Shown here piece by piece: positions 49,174 through 58,692 of a stretch of 64,000 nt of DNA. Numbering within the stretch: position 1 is the first letter of the stretch; each line of letters begins with the position of its first letter. Source of the stretch: Polyangiales bacterium. GTDB taxonomy: Bacteria > Myxococcota_A > Polyangia > Polyangiales > Houyiibacteriaceae. The DNA lies in NCBI GenBank assembly GCA_045106895.1, contig JBGCFM010000172.1, positions 1-64,000 of the forward strand. The letters run 5' to 3'. The position numbers and the translations under genes are program-made. Under the pieces are notes generated by a model. It saw only the letters and a program-made list of their open reading frames with translations. It searched no databases and was not told the origin of the DNA.

Positions 49174-52100
49174 GACTGTACCTTCTTATACGACTCCAAA
49201 CCGTATTGCTTCACTAGCTGAGAGAGACGAGGTCTCTTCATGCCCAAAAGTTCGGCCGCTTTGGTAATATTACCCTCCGCATCGGACAATGCACGAATAA
49301 TGCACTCTCTCTCGAGAAGTTTCTTCATCTCGAACAGCGAGTTTTCCCCACTACGGATACGAGCGTAGAGTTCGTCCTCCATCATCGCGGGCGGGGCGAC
49401 GCTTGCGCGGGAGGCGCGGTTCGGGCCATTTACGCCAAAAGACCCCGAAAAAGCCTCGAAATCCGCCACTCGAAGCTGATCGCCCTCAGAGAAGAGTGCG
49501 GCGCTGCGGAGCACGTTCTCCAGTTCCCGAATGTTCCCTGGCCAACCGTGACGTTGGAGCATACTGAGAACGGGGGCTCCCACTCGTTTGGGGGATTCCC
49601 CCCGTTCGTCCGCGATGCGGCCGAGAAGGGTGTGGCAGAGTTCGCCCATGTCGCCGAGGCGATCGCGAAGGGCTGGCATTTCGACGGTTACGCCGCGAAG
49701 CCGGTAGTAGAGGTCCTCTCGGAATGTGCCCGCCGCGACCATGCCTTCAAGATCTCGGTGCGTCGCTGCAACGATTCGAACGTTGACCTTAATGGACTGA
49801 GTGCCGCCCACTCGTTCGAACTCTCGCTCCTGGAGCACACGGAGCAGAGCGACCTGCGTTCCAGGAGAAATGTCGCCAATCTCGTCGAGGAAGAGGGTGC
49901 CTCCGTCGGCGAGCTCAAAGCGTCCCTTCTTGCGAGCGCTCGCGCCGGTGAAAGCGCCTCGTTCGTGACCGAAGAGCTCACTCAGCAAAAGCGTTTCAAC
50001 GAGTGCAGCGCAGTTCACCTTCACGAGTGGCTGGCTTGACCGCTCGGAGTGGCGATGAAGTGCGTCTGCGACGAGCTCCTTGCCCGTACCACTCTCACCT
50101 CGAATCAGTACGGTGGCATCGCTGGGCGCGACCTTGTCGATGACGTCCAGAATCCGAAGGATCGGCGCCGAGCTCCCACCGATATCTGGGTAGCGTCGTT
50201 GGTGCTCGCTGCTGCGTTGTGGCGCAGGCAAGTGCGAGGGGCGCCTCATGTTTGGTGATATTGCGTTGACCGCCGCTTCCACGGAAGCGAGTTCCACGCG
50301 CAAGGGCCGCGTCGCCCAAGTGGTCCGGTTGGATTCCGGCACGTTCTTGGTCAGCGTGAGCTCAACCTCGTTGGCTTCCTGGAGAAGCGTTGCGGCGGAG
50401 GAGACGTTCAGTTCGTCCGCGTGGTAACGAGCCGCGCGGAGGAGGGCCTCGAGGAGAAGTTCGGCGTCACCAGAGGAGCGCGCGAGCTCGACGGCTCGAC
50501 GGGCCGCGTTCCCGACGTCCCCGCCGGCAGCGCGTTCAAAGTCGGCACCAACTGCGGCGAGCTCCGCTGCGACTTTTGGGGTTGGCGCAGTGGGTGCGGT
50601 GGAGAGCAGCGCGCGTGCGCCGTCGACGTCCCCGTCGTGGAGGCGAAGGCGTACAAGTTCGACGACCGGGTCGATCCGTCGCGTGGAGCCCAGTGATTCG
50701 AAGAGTTCGCTGGACGCGTGGAAGAGCGCCGCTGCTTTGTCGTGCAGCCCCGCTACGGCTTCGACCCGTCCGCGTAGAAGAAGGCACACGCCGAGGAGGT
50801 ATGTCGGTAGGTTGGCGCCACCCATGTGCTGAGCGAACTCGCACAAGGATCGGGCGCGGCTTACGTCGCCGAGGCTGAGATAAAGCTCGCCGAGGTTGAT
50901 ACCCACGCGAGTAAGCATCGGGCGGTTACCGAGTCGCTTTAGCTGTGCGACGGCGTGGTGGTAGTACTCGAGCGCTGCGCTGTAATCGCGGCTGAGGTGA
51001 GCAAGAACGGCGAGGTTTTCCGTCGCGATGGCCAAGTCGCGGGAGTCGCCGGCCGCGCTCGCTTCTCGAATCGCGTCTTCAAAGTAGGACTTCGCCTCGT
51101 CGAGACGCTGAAGACGCAGCATCGCGACGCCATGATTTGTGAGTGCCTGCGCTCGTTGGTGGCCAAGGTTTTTTTCGTCCGCGCGTTCATGATTGTATCG
51201 GAAGAACTCGGCGGCGGCGCCCGCTTCCTTTCTTGCGAGGGCGACCTTGCCAAGCGTGTTTCGCGCATGAATTTCAAGCGCGCGGGCATTGATGGAGAGG
51301 GCCGCTTCAAGGGCACGTTCTCCCCAAATCTCCGCGTCGTCGTACTCGGCCCGCTCGCAGTAGAGTTCAGCGAGGAGCGTCTGGACGGTGGTGCGTGTTT
51401 GTGCCTCGCCCGTCTTTTCTGCGCGTTGCTGAGCGGCTTTGAGAACGACTTCGGCTTCCCCATGTTCGCCGTAGAGAGTTAAGAGTCGACCCAGCCGATG
51501 TGCTGCCACCGCGCTCTCCGGAGCACGGTCGGCGAGTGTGCGAGCGTGGATGATTGCGCGTCTGTAATCGCCGACGATGCGGTGTAGGTCGGCGAGGCTC
51601 TCGAGGAGATGACTCGGGACATCGTCGAGTTCCCCAACAGAGCGCGCCGTTCGTTCGAGAAGCGCTGCGGCCTCGGCGTGGGCGTGGCGCGCGGAGAGTC
51701 CCTGTGCCTCGGCGAGGGCGAGCGGAATCGCGGCTTCGATGTCGCCCGCGAGGAGCGCGTGGTGTGCAGCCATCGCCACACCCGGGCGCGCCGCAAAAAC
51801 AGCGGCGCAGCGACGGTGAATACGAATGCGTGTCTCAGAATCGAGTCCGGCATAGAGCAGCTCGCGGTGCCGAGCGCGCGCGAATGTGTAGCGGATGTTT
51901 CCGTCGAGTCGTGTCTCCAACACAAAGGGCGACTGACTGAGCGGGTGAACATCGCTACTCGTCCGACCCACGATCTCATCCACGAGATCGAGCTCCGAGG
52001 GGTGACCGAGAACTGCGAGGGTTTCGAGGAGTGAGCGGACTTCGTCGCCGGCTTCTGTTAGACGTCGCTGAAGCTGAGCGGCTGGCGAGAGCGGGTCCGC

Positions 52101-52988
52101 CGCGAGGAGGAGCTCGATGGCTTCTGGGACTCCCCCAGTGCGCTCAAGAACTAGCTCCACGATTTGGTCGCTCTGGAGGTAGGCCCGGATCCCCGTGCGA
52201 TCGAAGGGCGCCAGGCTCAGGACCGTGGCGGCGTCGTGGTTGTAGAGTGCGCTGAGGCGGTCCTTGGAGAGCGTCGTCGCGTTTTCGTCGGTACGAACCG
52301 ATGACACGAAGAGCGCTTTGAGCGAACGCTCCGGCGAAACGCCTTCGGTCCAAGGTCCGCTGCCTTCGAAGAGGAAGCGGAGCAGCTGGAGTGTCCCGGC
52401 ATCTGCTCGCTCGAGATCATGCAGCAATATCACCGGCGGCCGGAAGCGGGCGACGTCCTGAAGCAGTGTGCGAAGCGCGTCGAAGAAGCGCAGTCGGCGT
52501 TCTCTCGCGCCATGGGAGTCGGCGTCATCATCGAGTTGCGAATGATGCGGGTGCTGATGCCAGAGAGGATGACAGCCCGAGAAACAGCCTAGATCTGCAA
52601 CGTTTGACGACGGCGATGCGCCCATCTCGGACAGAAAGCTGAGGGCGTTTTCAACCACGGCAGCGAAGGGACCGAAGGCGGTTCCTGACTCGCATCGGCC
52701 TTCGAGAACGATGCCCCCTGTAAGGCGAATCTGGGTTCGAAATGCCTGAAGAAGGTAGCTTTTACCCGATCCGCTTGGGCCTTCCACGATAACGAGTTGC
52801 TCACCGTGACGTGCCGCCTCCATACGAAGCAGCAGTTCGTCCATTTCGTGCTCGCGGCCGATGCATCGGGTCGGAGCGGGCGGCATCGATGAATCACGTC
52901 TTGGAAGTCGTGTGAAATCTCGCACAGAAGAAGAATAGGTTCCTGCAGCAGGGGCATCAAGCGGCTGGGCATGGACGAGGCGGAGCAT
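49170..52988 (-). CDS. STAND/MalT-like ATPase-TPR-sigma54 enhancer-binding protein (start may be 52886)
   Basis: IGRE, GPSGSGKS, LLHDLERAD, TGGVP; TPR-like array; GESGTGKE, ELFGHERGAFTGA, WPGNIREL, Fis HTH. Confidence 0.92.
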   Translation of the reverse strand: MLRLVHAQPLDAPAAGTYSSSVRDFTRLPRRDSSMPPAPTRCIGREHEMDELLLRMEAARHGEQLVIVEGPSGSGKSYLLQAFRTQIRLTGGIVLEGRCESGTAFGPFAAVVENALSFLSEMGASPSSNVADLGCFSGCHPLWHQHPHHSQLDDDADSHGARERRLRFFDALRTLLQDVARFRPPVILLHDLERADAGTLQLLRFLFEGSGPWTEGVSPERSLKALFVSSVRTDENATTLSKDRLSALYNHDAATVLSLAPFDRTGIRAYLQSDQIVELVLERTGGVPEAIELLLAADPLSPAAQLQRRLTEAGDEVRSLLETLAVLGHPSELDLVDEIVGRTSSDVHPLSQSPFVLETRLDGNIRYTFARARHRELLYAGLDSETRIRIHRRCAAVFAARPGVAMAAHHALLAGDIEAAIPLALAEAQGLSARHAHAEAAALLERTARSVGELDDVPSHLLESLADLHRIVGDYRRAIIHARTLADRAPESAVAAHRLGRLLTLYGEHGEAEVVLKAAQQRAEKTGEAQTRTTVQTLLAELYCERAEYDDAEIWGERALEAALSINARALEIHARNTLGKVALARKEAGAAAEFFRYNHERADEKNLGHQRAQALTNHGVAMLRLQRLDEAKSYFEDAIREASAAGDSRDLAIATENLAVLAHLSRDYSAALEYYHHAVAQLKRLGNRPMLTRVGINLGELYLSLGDVSRARSLCEFAQHMGGANLPTYLLGVCLLLRGRVEAVAGLHDKAAALFHASSELFESLGSTRRIDPVVELVRLRLHDGDVDGARALLSTAPTAPTPKVAAELAAVGADFERAAGGDVGNAARRAVELARSSGDAELLLEALLRAARYHADELNVSSAATLLQEANEVELTLTKNVPESNRTTWATRPLRVELASVEAAVNAISPNMRRPSHLPAPQRSSEHQRRYPDIGGSSAPILRILDVIDKVAPSDATVLIRGESGTGKELVADALHRHSERSSQPLVKVNCAALVETLLLSELFGHERGAFTGASARKKGRFELADGGTLFLDEIGDISPGTQVALLRVLQEREFERVGGTQSIKVNVRIVAATHRDLEGMVAAGTFREDLYYRLRGVTVEMPALRDRLGDMGELCHTLLGRIADERGESPKRVGAPVLSMLQRHGWPGNIRELENVLRSAALFSEGDQLRVADFEAFSGSFGVNGPNRASRASVAPPAMMEDELYARIRSGENSLFEMKKLLERECIIRALSDAEGNITKAAELLGMKRPRLSQLVKQYGLESYKKVQS

Positions 52989-53075
52989 AGGCCCTCTAAA
53001 AGCAAGAGCTGTACCGAGCTGTTTGCTAGTATTTAGGGGGTTAATCGCCGCTTCGGCGTCAATTTTCTTACGGCG

Positions 53076-54464
53076 CTAGGTGGAACGAAATTCGTCGAGA
53101 TTTATCCCGAAACGTTTCGCCCACCGATGAATCTGCATTCGTTCTTTGCCCAGTTCGCGCCCTGCGGCGGCGACGTTGCCTTGGTGACGGGTCAAAAGCG
53201 CCCGAAGTTCTGCCTCCGTCGGGACCGTCGACGTCACAGGCATAGAGTTTCGAGGGGCTTGCGCGAGGTCGCCATGTGTTTCGAGGACGTCCTGCACGTT
53301 GCGGGGCAAAACGCGGGCCTCCAGGTCGCCGCTCTCGTGGAGCGCTAAGGAAACGCGCACGGCGCTCTCGAGTTCACGCACATTGTAGGGCCACGGGTAG
53401 TGCGCGACGCACAGCATGAAAGGCAGCGAGACGCTCATATTGGATGCGCCGGCGTTGTTCAAAAAGTACCTGACGAGGGGGTAGAGGTCTTCCAGTCGCT
53501 GGGAGAGCGCGGGAAGACGAATCTCGACTTCTCGCAGTCTCGCGAGGAGGTCACCACGGAACTCTCCATTGGCCACGCGCTGGTCCAGGTCTCGGTGTGT
53601 TGCACAGACGACTCGCACGTCGACAGGCTCCGGAACCGTGGCACCGATCGGGAGCACCATTCTCTCCTGAAGAACGCGAAGGAGCTTCGCCTGAGCCTCC
53701 ACCGGCATGTCGCCGATCTCGTCTAGAAAAAGCGTCCCCCCATTGGCGGTTTGAATCAGGCCTGCTTTGTCGGTGTTCGCGCCGGTGAAGGCTCCCTTGC
53801 GGTAACCGAATAGTTCACTCTCGAGCAGGGTGGCTGGTAACGCTGCGCAGTTGATGGCCTGAAACGGACCCGCGCGACCACTGCGGCCGTGGAGCTCGCG
53901 CGCGATGAGTTCTTTGCCCGTGCCACTCTCTCCATAGACGACGGCGGACAGAGACGTCGCTGCGACTTTGTCGACGAGACCCACGACTCGGTCGATTTGG
54001 TAGCCGCCGACCAAGAGCTCGCTCTTCGCGTGCCCAAGGCCCCGCGCGAGTTTCACTATGCTGCCGTCGATTCGATATGCACCGTAGGCGTAGGCGTTGG
54101 CTCCGGTGAAGCGGAAGATGGTGTCGCCGACACGGACGACATCGTGCTCTTTGAGCACGCACGTTTGAATTCGTTTGCCGTTGACCATCGTCCCGTTGGT
54201 GGAGCCCAGGTCTTCGAGGAGCGCGCCTTCTTTGCCAATGGTCACGCGCGCGTGGTGCCGCGACACAGCGGACTCGGCGATGGCCAAGTCGTTGGCGGCT
54301 TCGCGTCCGAGGGTTGTCACCGCCGTCGCGAAGGGGAGCACCGACGGCAGATGCGCGTGCAAGCGTGAGTAGACGAGGACAAATCCCGAGGTGGAGTCCT
54401 CGGCGATGGTGCCAGCCATCGTCGAGATCGACGCGGTCGTTGAGCCATGGTCAGGAGAAGTCAC
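53076..54464 (-). CDS. FHA-domain sigma54 enhancer-binding protein
   Basis: LGR...VSRHH...DLGSTNGT (FHA); GESGTGKE, GAFTGA, WPYNVREL, HTH. Confidence 0.92.
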   Translation of the reverse strand: MTSPDHGSTTASISTMAGTIAEDSTSGFVLVYSRLHAHLPSVLPFATAVTTLGREAANDLAIAESAVSRHHARVTIGKEGALLEDLGSTNGTMVNGKRIQTCVLKEHDVVRVGDTIFRFTGANAYAYGAYRIDGSIVKLARGLGHAKSELLVGGYQIDRVVGLVDKVAATSLSAVVYGESGTGKELIARELHGRSGRAGPFQAINCAALPATLLESELFGYRKGAFTGANTDKAGLIQTANGGTLFLDEIGDMPVEAQAKLLRVLQERMVLPIGATVPEPVDVRVVCATHRDLDQRVANGEFRGDLLARLREVEIRLPALSQRLEDLYPLVRYFLNNAGASNMSVSLPFMLCVAHYPWPYNVRELESAVRVSLALHESGDLEARVLPRNVQDVLETHGDLAQAPRNSMPVTSTVPTEAELRALLTRHQGNVAAAGRELGKERMQIHRWAKRFGINLDEFRST

Positions 54465-54510
54465 CCAGGCACTTACCTAGACGCTTCGGGACAGCGACGT
54501 CAACACGGCG

Positions 54511-55839
54511 TCAGCCCGTGGCGGAGTTCGGGTCACCGCGCGAGTCCCTAAGTACGGCGAAGAGATCATGAATATCAAAGGGTTTTGGCAGCCAAGCGTC
54601 AGGCGGACCTGCGAGCGTCCCTGGGTCGAGCTGTCCGCTCGTGACGACGGTTCGTTTGACCAAACCCCTGGCTCGAAGCTCCTGCAGGAGAACATCACCA
54701 CGTCCGTCGGGGAGAGTGAGGTCCGCGAGAGCCACGTCGAAGGGTCCGGTGGCGTCCCTCGCTTCGATCATGTTGGTGACGGCGGTGACGTTGATACCTC
54801 GAAGCCCAAGGGTGGTTTCAATGAGCTCACGGACACCATCATCGTCTTCAACGACCAGCAAACGTTTGGGGAGGCGGCCAACAACCACTCCGCTGACGCG
54901 TTCCGCTTCTCCGCTTTCATCGACGAGCACCGCCCGCGGCAGCGTCACTTCAAACTGTGAACCTTCACCAAGCGTGCTGTTCAGCTGAACGCCGCCGTTC
55001 ACTTGCTCCAGAGTTCGCCACACCGTCGCAAGACCAAGGCCGGTTCCGCCCGGGCGACGTGAGTAGCTCGAATCATAAATTTTGTTTTGCGCCTCGCGCG
55101 ATATTCCCGGGCCCTCGTCGGAGACCCGGATTCGCACGAACTCTTCCTCGCGCTCGCAGCGAATGCGCACGACGCCACCCTCAGGCTGGATTTGCACAGC
55201 ATTGAGGGCAAGGTTCCAGACGACGCGGAATACCGCCGCTCGGTGGGCAACGGTCCAGCCCAGCGTCGGTGTGTCCGTGTGAATTCGGACGTTGTGACGA
55301 AGCGCGATGGGATGGAGCAAACCGGCCACGTCACGGCACACAGCGGCGGCGTCGCAAGAGTCGTGATCGGTAGCGTGATGAAAGGACAGCACGTCGCGAG
55401 CGATTCGTTGCGCGGAGGCGGCAGCGCTCTCGACGGTCAGGAGCGCCTCGCGCATCTTGGATGTTTCGTCGAGCCCGAGCTGTGCCCAGCCACTGATGGC
55501 GCTCAGCGCGTTGGCGAGCTCATGCGCCGCGCTGAGGGCCAGTTCTTCGGATTCACTCCGTTTTGGCGCTGGTTTGATGACGAGGATTCGGCAGTCCTCT
55601 TCGCACACGAAGTAGCCAGTTTCGCCGGAGGAGGCGACGACGGTCGAATGAGCGCTGCCCACGCCGGGGGCGGCCTGACCCAATATTGCGACCGTCGCGG
55701 CGTCGAAGGTAATCCCCAAAACACTTCTCTGAAGGTCTTCGCTCGCCTGGAGGGGCTGTCCTTTCGAAGCGAAAACCCAGGACCAGCCGTTTTCGGCGGC
55801 CAGGAAGAGTATCGGGTTTGTTTTGGGAATTGTGGGCAT
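54511..55839 (-). CDS. Cytoplasmic hybrid histidine kinase with C-terminal receiver
   Basis: AHELANAL, NLALNA, DEGPG, GTGLGL; receiver VVEDD...D...TSG...KP. Confidence 0.85.
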   Translation of the reverse strand: MPTIPKTNPILFLAAENGWSWVFASKGQPLQASEDLQRSVLGITFDAATVAILGQAAPGVGSAHSTVVASSGETGYFVCEEDCRILVIKPAPKRSESEELALSAAHELANALSAISGWAQLGLDETSKMREALLTVESAAASAQRIARDVLSFHHATDHDSCDAAAVCRDVAGLLHPIALRHNVRIHTDTPTLGWTVAHRAAVFRVVWNLALNAVQIQPEGGVVRIRCEREEEFVRIRVSDEGPGISREAQNKIYDSSYSRRPGGTGLGLATVWRTLEQVNGGVQLNSTLGEGSQFEVTLPRAVLVDESGEAERVSGVVVGRLPKRLLVVEDDDGVRELIETTLGLRGINVTAVTNMIEARDATGPFDVALADLTLPDGRGDVLLQELRARGLVKRTVVTSGQLDPGTLAGPPDAWLPKPFDIHDLFAVLRDSRGDPNSATG

Positions 55840-55948
55840 CGTCGTCGTATTGCCCCCGCTATAGTTACGTCCGGGGGCTGAGGTTTGTCAAACGGTTCTA
55901 TCAAGTGATTTGTAGACCCCACTTGAAGGATGCAATGATTCCGGCAGG

Positions 55949-56992
55949 ATGTTGAGACTCATGATTCGCGCTAATCTAATGGTTTGCCTCGTTGTTCTCT
56001 TCTCAGCTTGCGCTCAAGGAGGGACAGGACGAATGGACTCGGGGACACCCGCAGTGGATGTTCCGGAGGTCGACGCAGGAAATCCGTGTGTGCCTGCGTG
56101 CGAAGGGGGCGAAACCTGCGTGTCGGGTGAGTGCATGCCGATGTCGATGTGTGGCCTGGATGGGATGTGTCCCGTTGGACAGAGCTGCTGTCCCACGGGC
56201 TGCTCGGCGCTGCCCACGGACCCCGCCAATTGCGGCAGCTGCGGTCGTGACTGTGGCGATACCGGTGATGCCTGTGTGTCTGGGCAGTGTCGCTGTCATG
56301 GTGCGTCCAGCTGCATTGATGGCGACGCATGCTGCGATGATGGCTGCGCCAACTTGCTTGAATCACCGACCAACTGCGGAGCCTGTGGAATGGTGTGTGG
56401 GGATGGCCAAATTTGCGAAGGAGGATCTTGCGTGACTCCGCCCTGCGATCCTGCCTGCACCAACGATGAAGTCTGCGACGCCGAAACCAGCCTGTGCATG
56501 TGTGGCGGCGGGCCGGCGTGTGCGTCGGGTCAAGCATGTTGTGGCGCCGCGTGCATCGACACGCAGGTGGATCGCAACAACTGCGGTGCGTGCGGGATGG
56601 TGTGCACAGGAGCGCAGGTCTGCCTCGACGGAAGCTGCACCACGGATATTCCTTGTGACCCCACATGTGCGGCGGGAGAGACTTGCAATGCTGGCGTTTG
56701 CCAGTGCGGCGCTGGCGCCGCGTGTGGGCCTGGAAGCGCGTGCTGTGGCGGTTCCTGCGCGGCAACACAGACAGACAACCTGAACTGCGGGCGTTGTGGA
56801 AACTCCTGCGGCGCTGGTTCTTGTTGCGCCGGCTCCTGCGCGAGCACCTCTACGGATACGAATAACTGCGGAGGGTGTGGCCGTTCCTGCGGGGATGACG
56901 CGGACAGCTGCAACGGAGGCAGCTGCCAGTGTGGATCGGGCCCTTCGTGTCTCCTGGGACTACCTTGTATTTTGGGCGTCTGCATCATCTGA
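55949..56992 (+). CDS. Cys-rich lipoprotein with Stig1-like NCGxCGxxC repeats
   Basis: Lipobox FSAC; five repeats: DPANCGSCGRDC, SPTNCGACGMVC, DRNNCGACGMVC, DNLNCGRCGNSC, DTNNCGGCGRSC. Confidence 0.85.
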   Translation: MLRLMIRANLMVCLVVLFSACAQGGTGRMDSGTPAVDVPEVDAGNPCVPACEGGETCVSGECMPMSMCGLDGMCPVGQSCCPTGCSALPTDPANCGSCGRDCGDTGDACVSGQCRCHGASSCIDGDACCDDGCANLLESPTNCGACGMVCGDGQICEGGSCVTPPCDPACTNDEVCDAETSLCMCGGGPACASGQACCGAACIDTQVDRNNCGACGMVCTGAQVCLDGSCTTDIPCDPTCAAGETCNAGVCQCGAGAACGPGSACCGGSCAATQTDNLNCGRCGNSCGAGSCCAGSCASTSTDTNNCGGCGRSCGDDADSCNGGSCQCGSGPSCLLGLPCILGVCII

Positions 56993-57031
56993 GCACAGGC
57001 CCGAATGCGCGGCGGCGGATGGAGGCAAGTC

Positions 57032-58501
57032 TCACTTGCCTTGCATGACTTGGTTTCGTCCAGCCGCCTTCGCTCGATACAGCGCCTCATCCGCGGAGCG
57101 CACCATGTTCTCAAGGTCAATGCCGATGCTGTATTGGGTGACGCCCGCGCTTAGAGTCACTTTCTCTGGGCCGTCGACGAATGGTCCGAGTGCCTCGACT
57201 GCCGCCCTAAATCGCTCAGCAACAACTGTTGCCCCAGCGAGTTCGGTTTCTGGAAGTACCGCCAAGAACTCCTCGCCTCCCCAACGTCCGATGAGGTCGA
57301 CCTCTCGCACGGCGGTTTCAAGGGCGCGGCTGACCGCACGCAGGACTTCGTCACCACGGTTGTGACCAAAGGTGTCGTTGACGGCTTTGAAGTGGTCGAT
57401 GTCGCAGAGAATCACCGAAACCGGCGTGCCGTATCGTGCACCACGTGCGGTCTCTTCGCGCATTCGGTTTGTGATCGTACGGCGGTTCCGCAGGCCTGTC
57501 AGGCCATCGGTGGTCGCAAGGTGGCGAGTTTCCTCCACGAGGAGCATCGACTTGATCACCGGTCCAAGAGCGGCTGCGAGCCAGGATGCGGTGTCCTTGT
57601 CGTCCCGCCCGATTCCCCGGCGCCCTCCATAGAGCCTGAGCTGTCCGATGAGTTCACGGCCCGCGAGGATGGGCTCTGTTGCCACCTCTCCGGGTTCCGG
57701 CGAGCCGAGAGTCGATAGCTCCGAGCGACGAATATGAGAGGGGGGGGCGGTGGGCGCGAGGCCTAAGCTCAAGAGGTCGCGCCGGTCTGGTGTTTCTGGC
57801 CAAGCGCCACGACAGAGAAGTCCCGAGCTGTTTGTGGGTCTCCCTCCGTTTCCGTCGATGCGCAAGATGGCGTAGGGACACGCGAGAACGTCGTCGAACA
57901 AGCGCAGGGCGCCTTCCATCAACGCGCTCCTGTCTTCGACATGAGTCATCAGCGAGCGCGCTTCGCGGTCGATGACGGCTTGGAGCAGGTGATCGTCAAG
58001 AACACGTGCAAGACGCTCAAGCGGGTCGACGTTGCGGCGAGGGCCGCGAACAGGTTTTGAGCCGGGCCTCGCGGCGAGGGCGCGGGAGACCGCTCCCGGG
58101 AGGGCTTCGGGTTCACGCTTTGAGACGTACGCATCGCATCCTGCGTGCGTTCCCCAAAACCGAGAGCGAGGACCGTCGTCGGCGGTCAGAAGAACGATGG
58201 GCAGGTTGGCCGTGCAAGGCTCGGCGCGGAGCATTCGGCACAGGTGCACTCCGCTGACGGCGCCCATCGTCACGTCGGACACGACGAGGTCGAATGGGTG
58301 GTCCATGCACAACGCGAAGGCTTCTTCGCCAGAGGCGGCGAGGGTGACGTCGTGACCCATGAGTGTCAGATGGGACTTGATGGCTCGGCGAGTGCTCGCG
58401 CTATCGTCCACGACCAAGACGCGCTGGCCCGACGGTAGCCTGCGCATTTTCTGAGTGTCCCGCAGAGCGGCGCTCTCAAGCTGATCTTGTGGAGATCCCA
58501 T
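57032..58501 (-). CDS. Response-regulator diguanylate cyclase (REC-linker-GGDEF)
   Basis: VLVVDDS receiver; TDGLTG, DIDHFK, RWGGEEF; REVD (RxxD) I-site. Start uncertain. Confidence 0.9.
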   Translation of the reverse strand: MGSPQDQLESAALRDTQKMRRLPSGQRVLVVDDSASTRRAIKSHLTLMGHDVTLAASGEEAFALCMDHPFDLVVSDVTMGAVSGVHLCRMLRAEPCTANLPIVLLTADDGPRSRFWGTHAGCDAYVSKREPEALPGAVSRALAARPGSKPVRGPRRNVDPLERLARVLDDHLLQAVIDREARSLMTHVEDRSALMEGALRLFDDVLACPYAILRIDGNGGRPTNSSGLLCRGAWPETPDRRDLLSLGLAPTAPPSHIRRSELSTLGSPEPGEVATEPILAGRELIGQLRLYGGRRGIGRDDKDTASWLAAALGPVIKSMLLVEETRHLATTDGLTGLRNRRTITNRMREETARGARYGTPVSVILCDIDHFKAVNDTFGHNRGDEVLRAVSRALETAVREVDLIGRWGGEEFLAVLPETELAGATVVAERFRAAVEALGPFVDGPEKVTLSAGVTQYSIGIDLENMVRSADEALYRAKAAGRNQVMQGK

Positions 58502-58692
58502 AGGTCGAACGAACGGCGTCAGACGCCGCCCTTGTAGACTAGGAATGCAGATTTTTGGGTCACGCACCAGGGGTGCGCCGAAAAACAGGCCTGTTTTCTC
58601 GATTATTGCGAGTTCTGGCGGCGGCTCGGGTCGGCAGAGGCGCGATCCGGCCTCTTGGCGTGGGAGGCTCGGGCGTCCATGCTGCGCGACAA

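Noticed and set aside
49170..52988. STAND protein as an Avs-type antiphage NLR
   Set aside because: Its output is an intact sigma54 activator with HTH, not a nuclease, TIR or Sir2 effector; no defence-island context.
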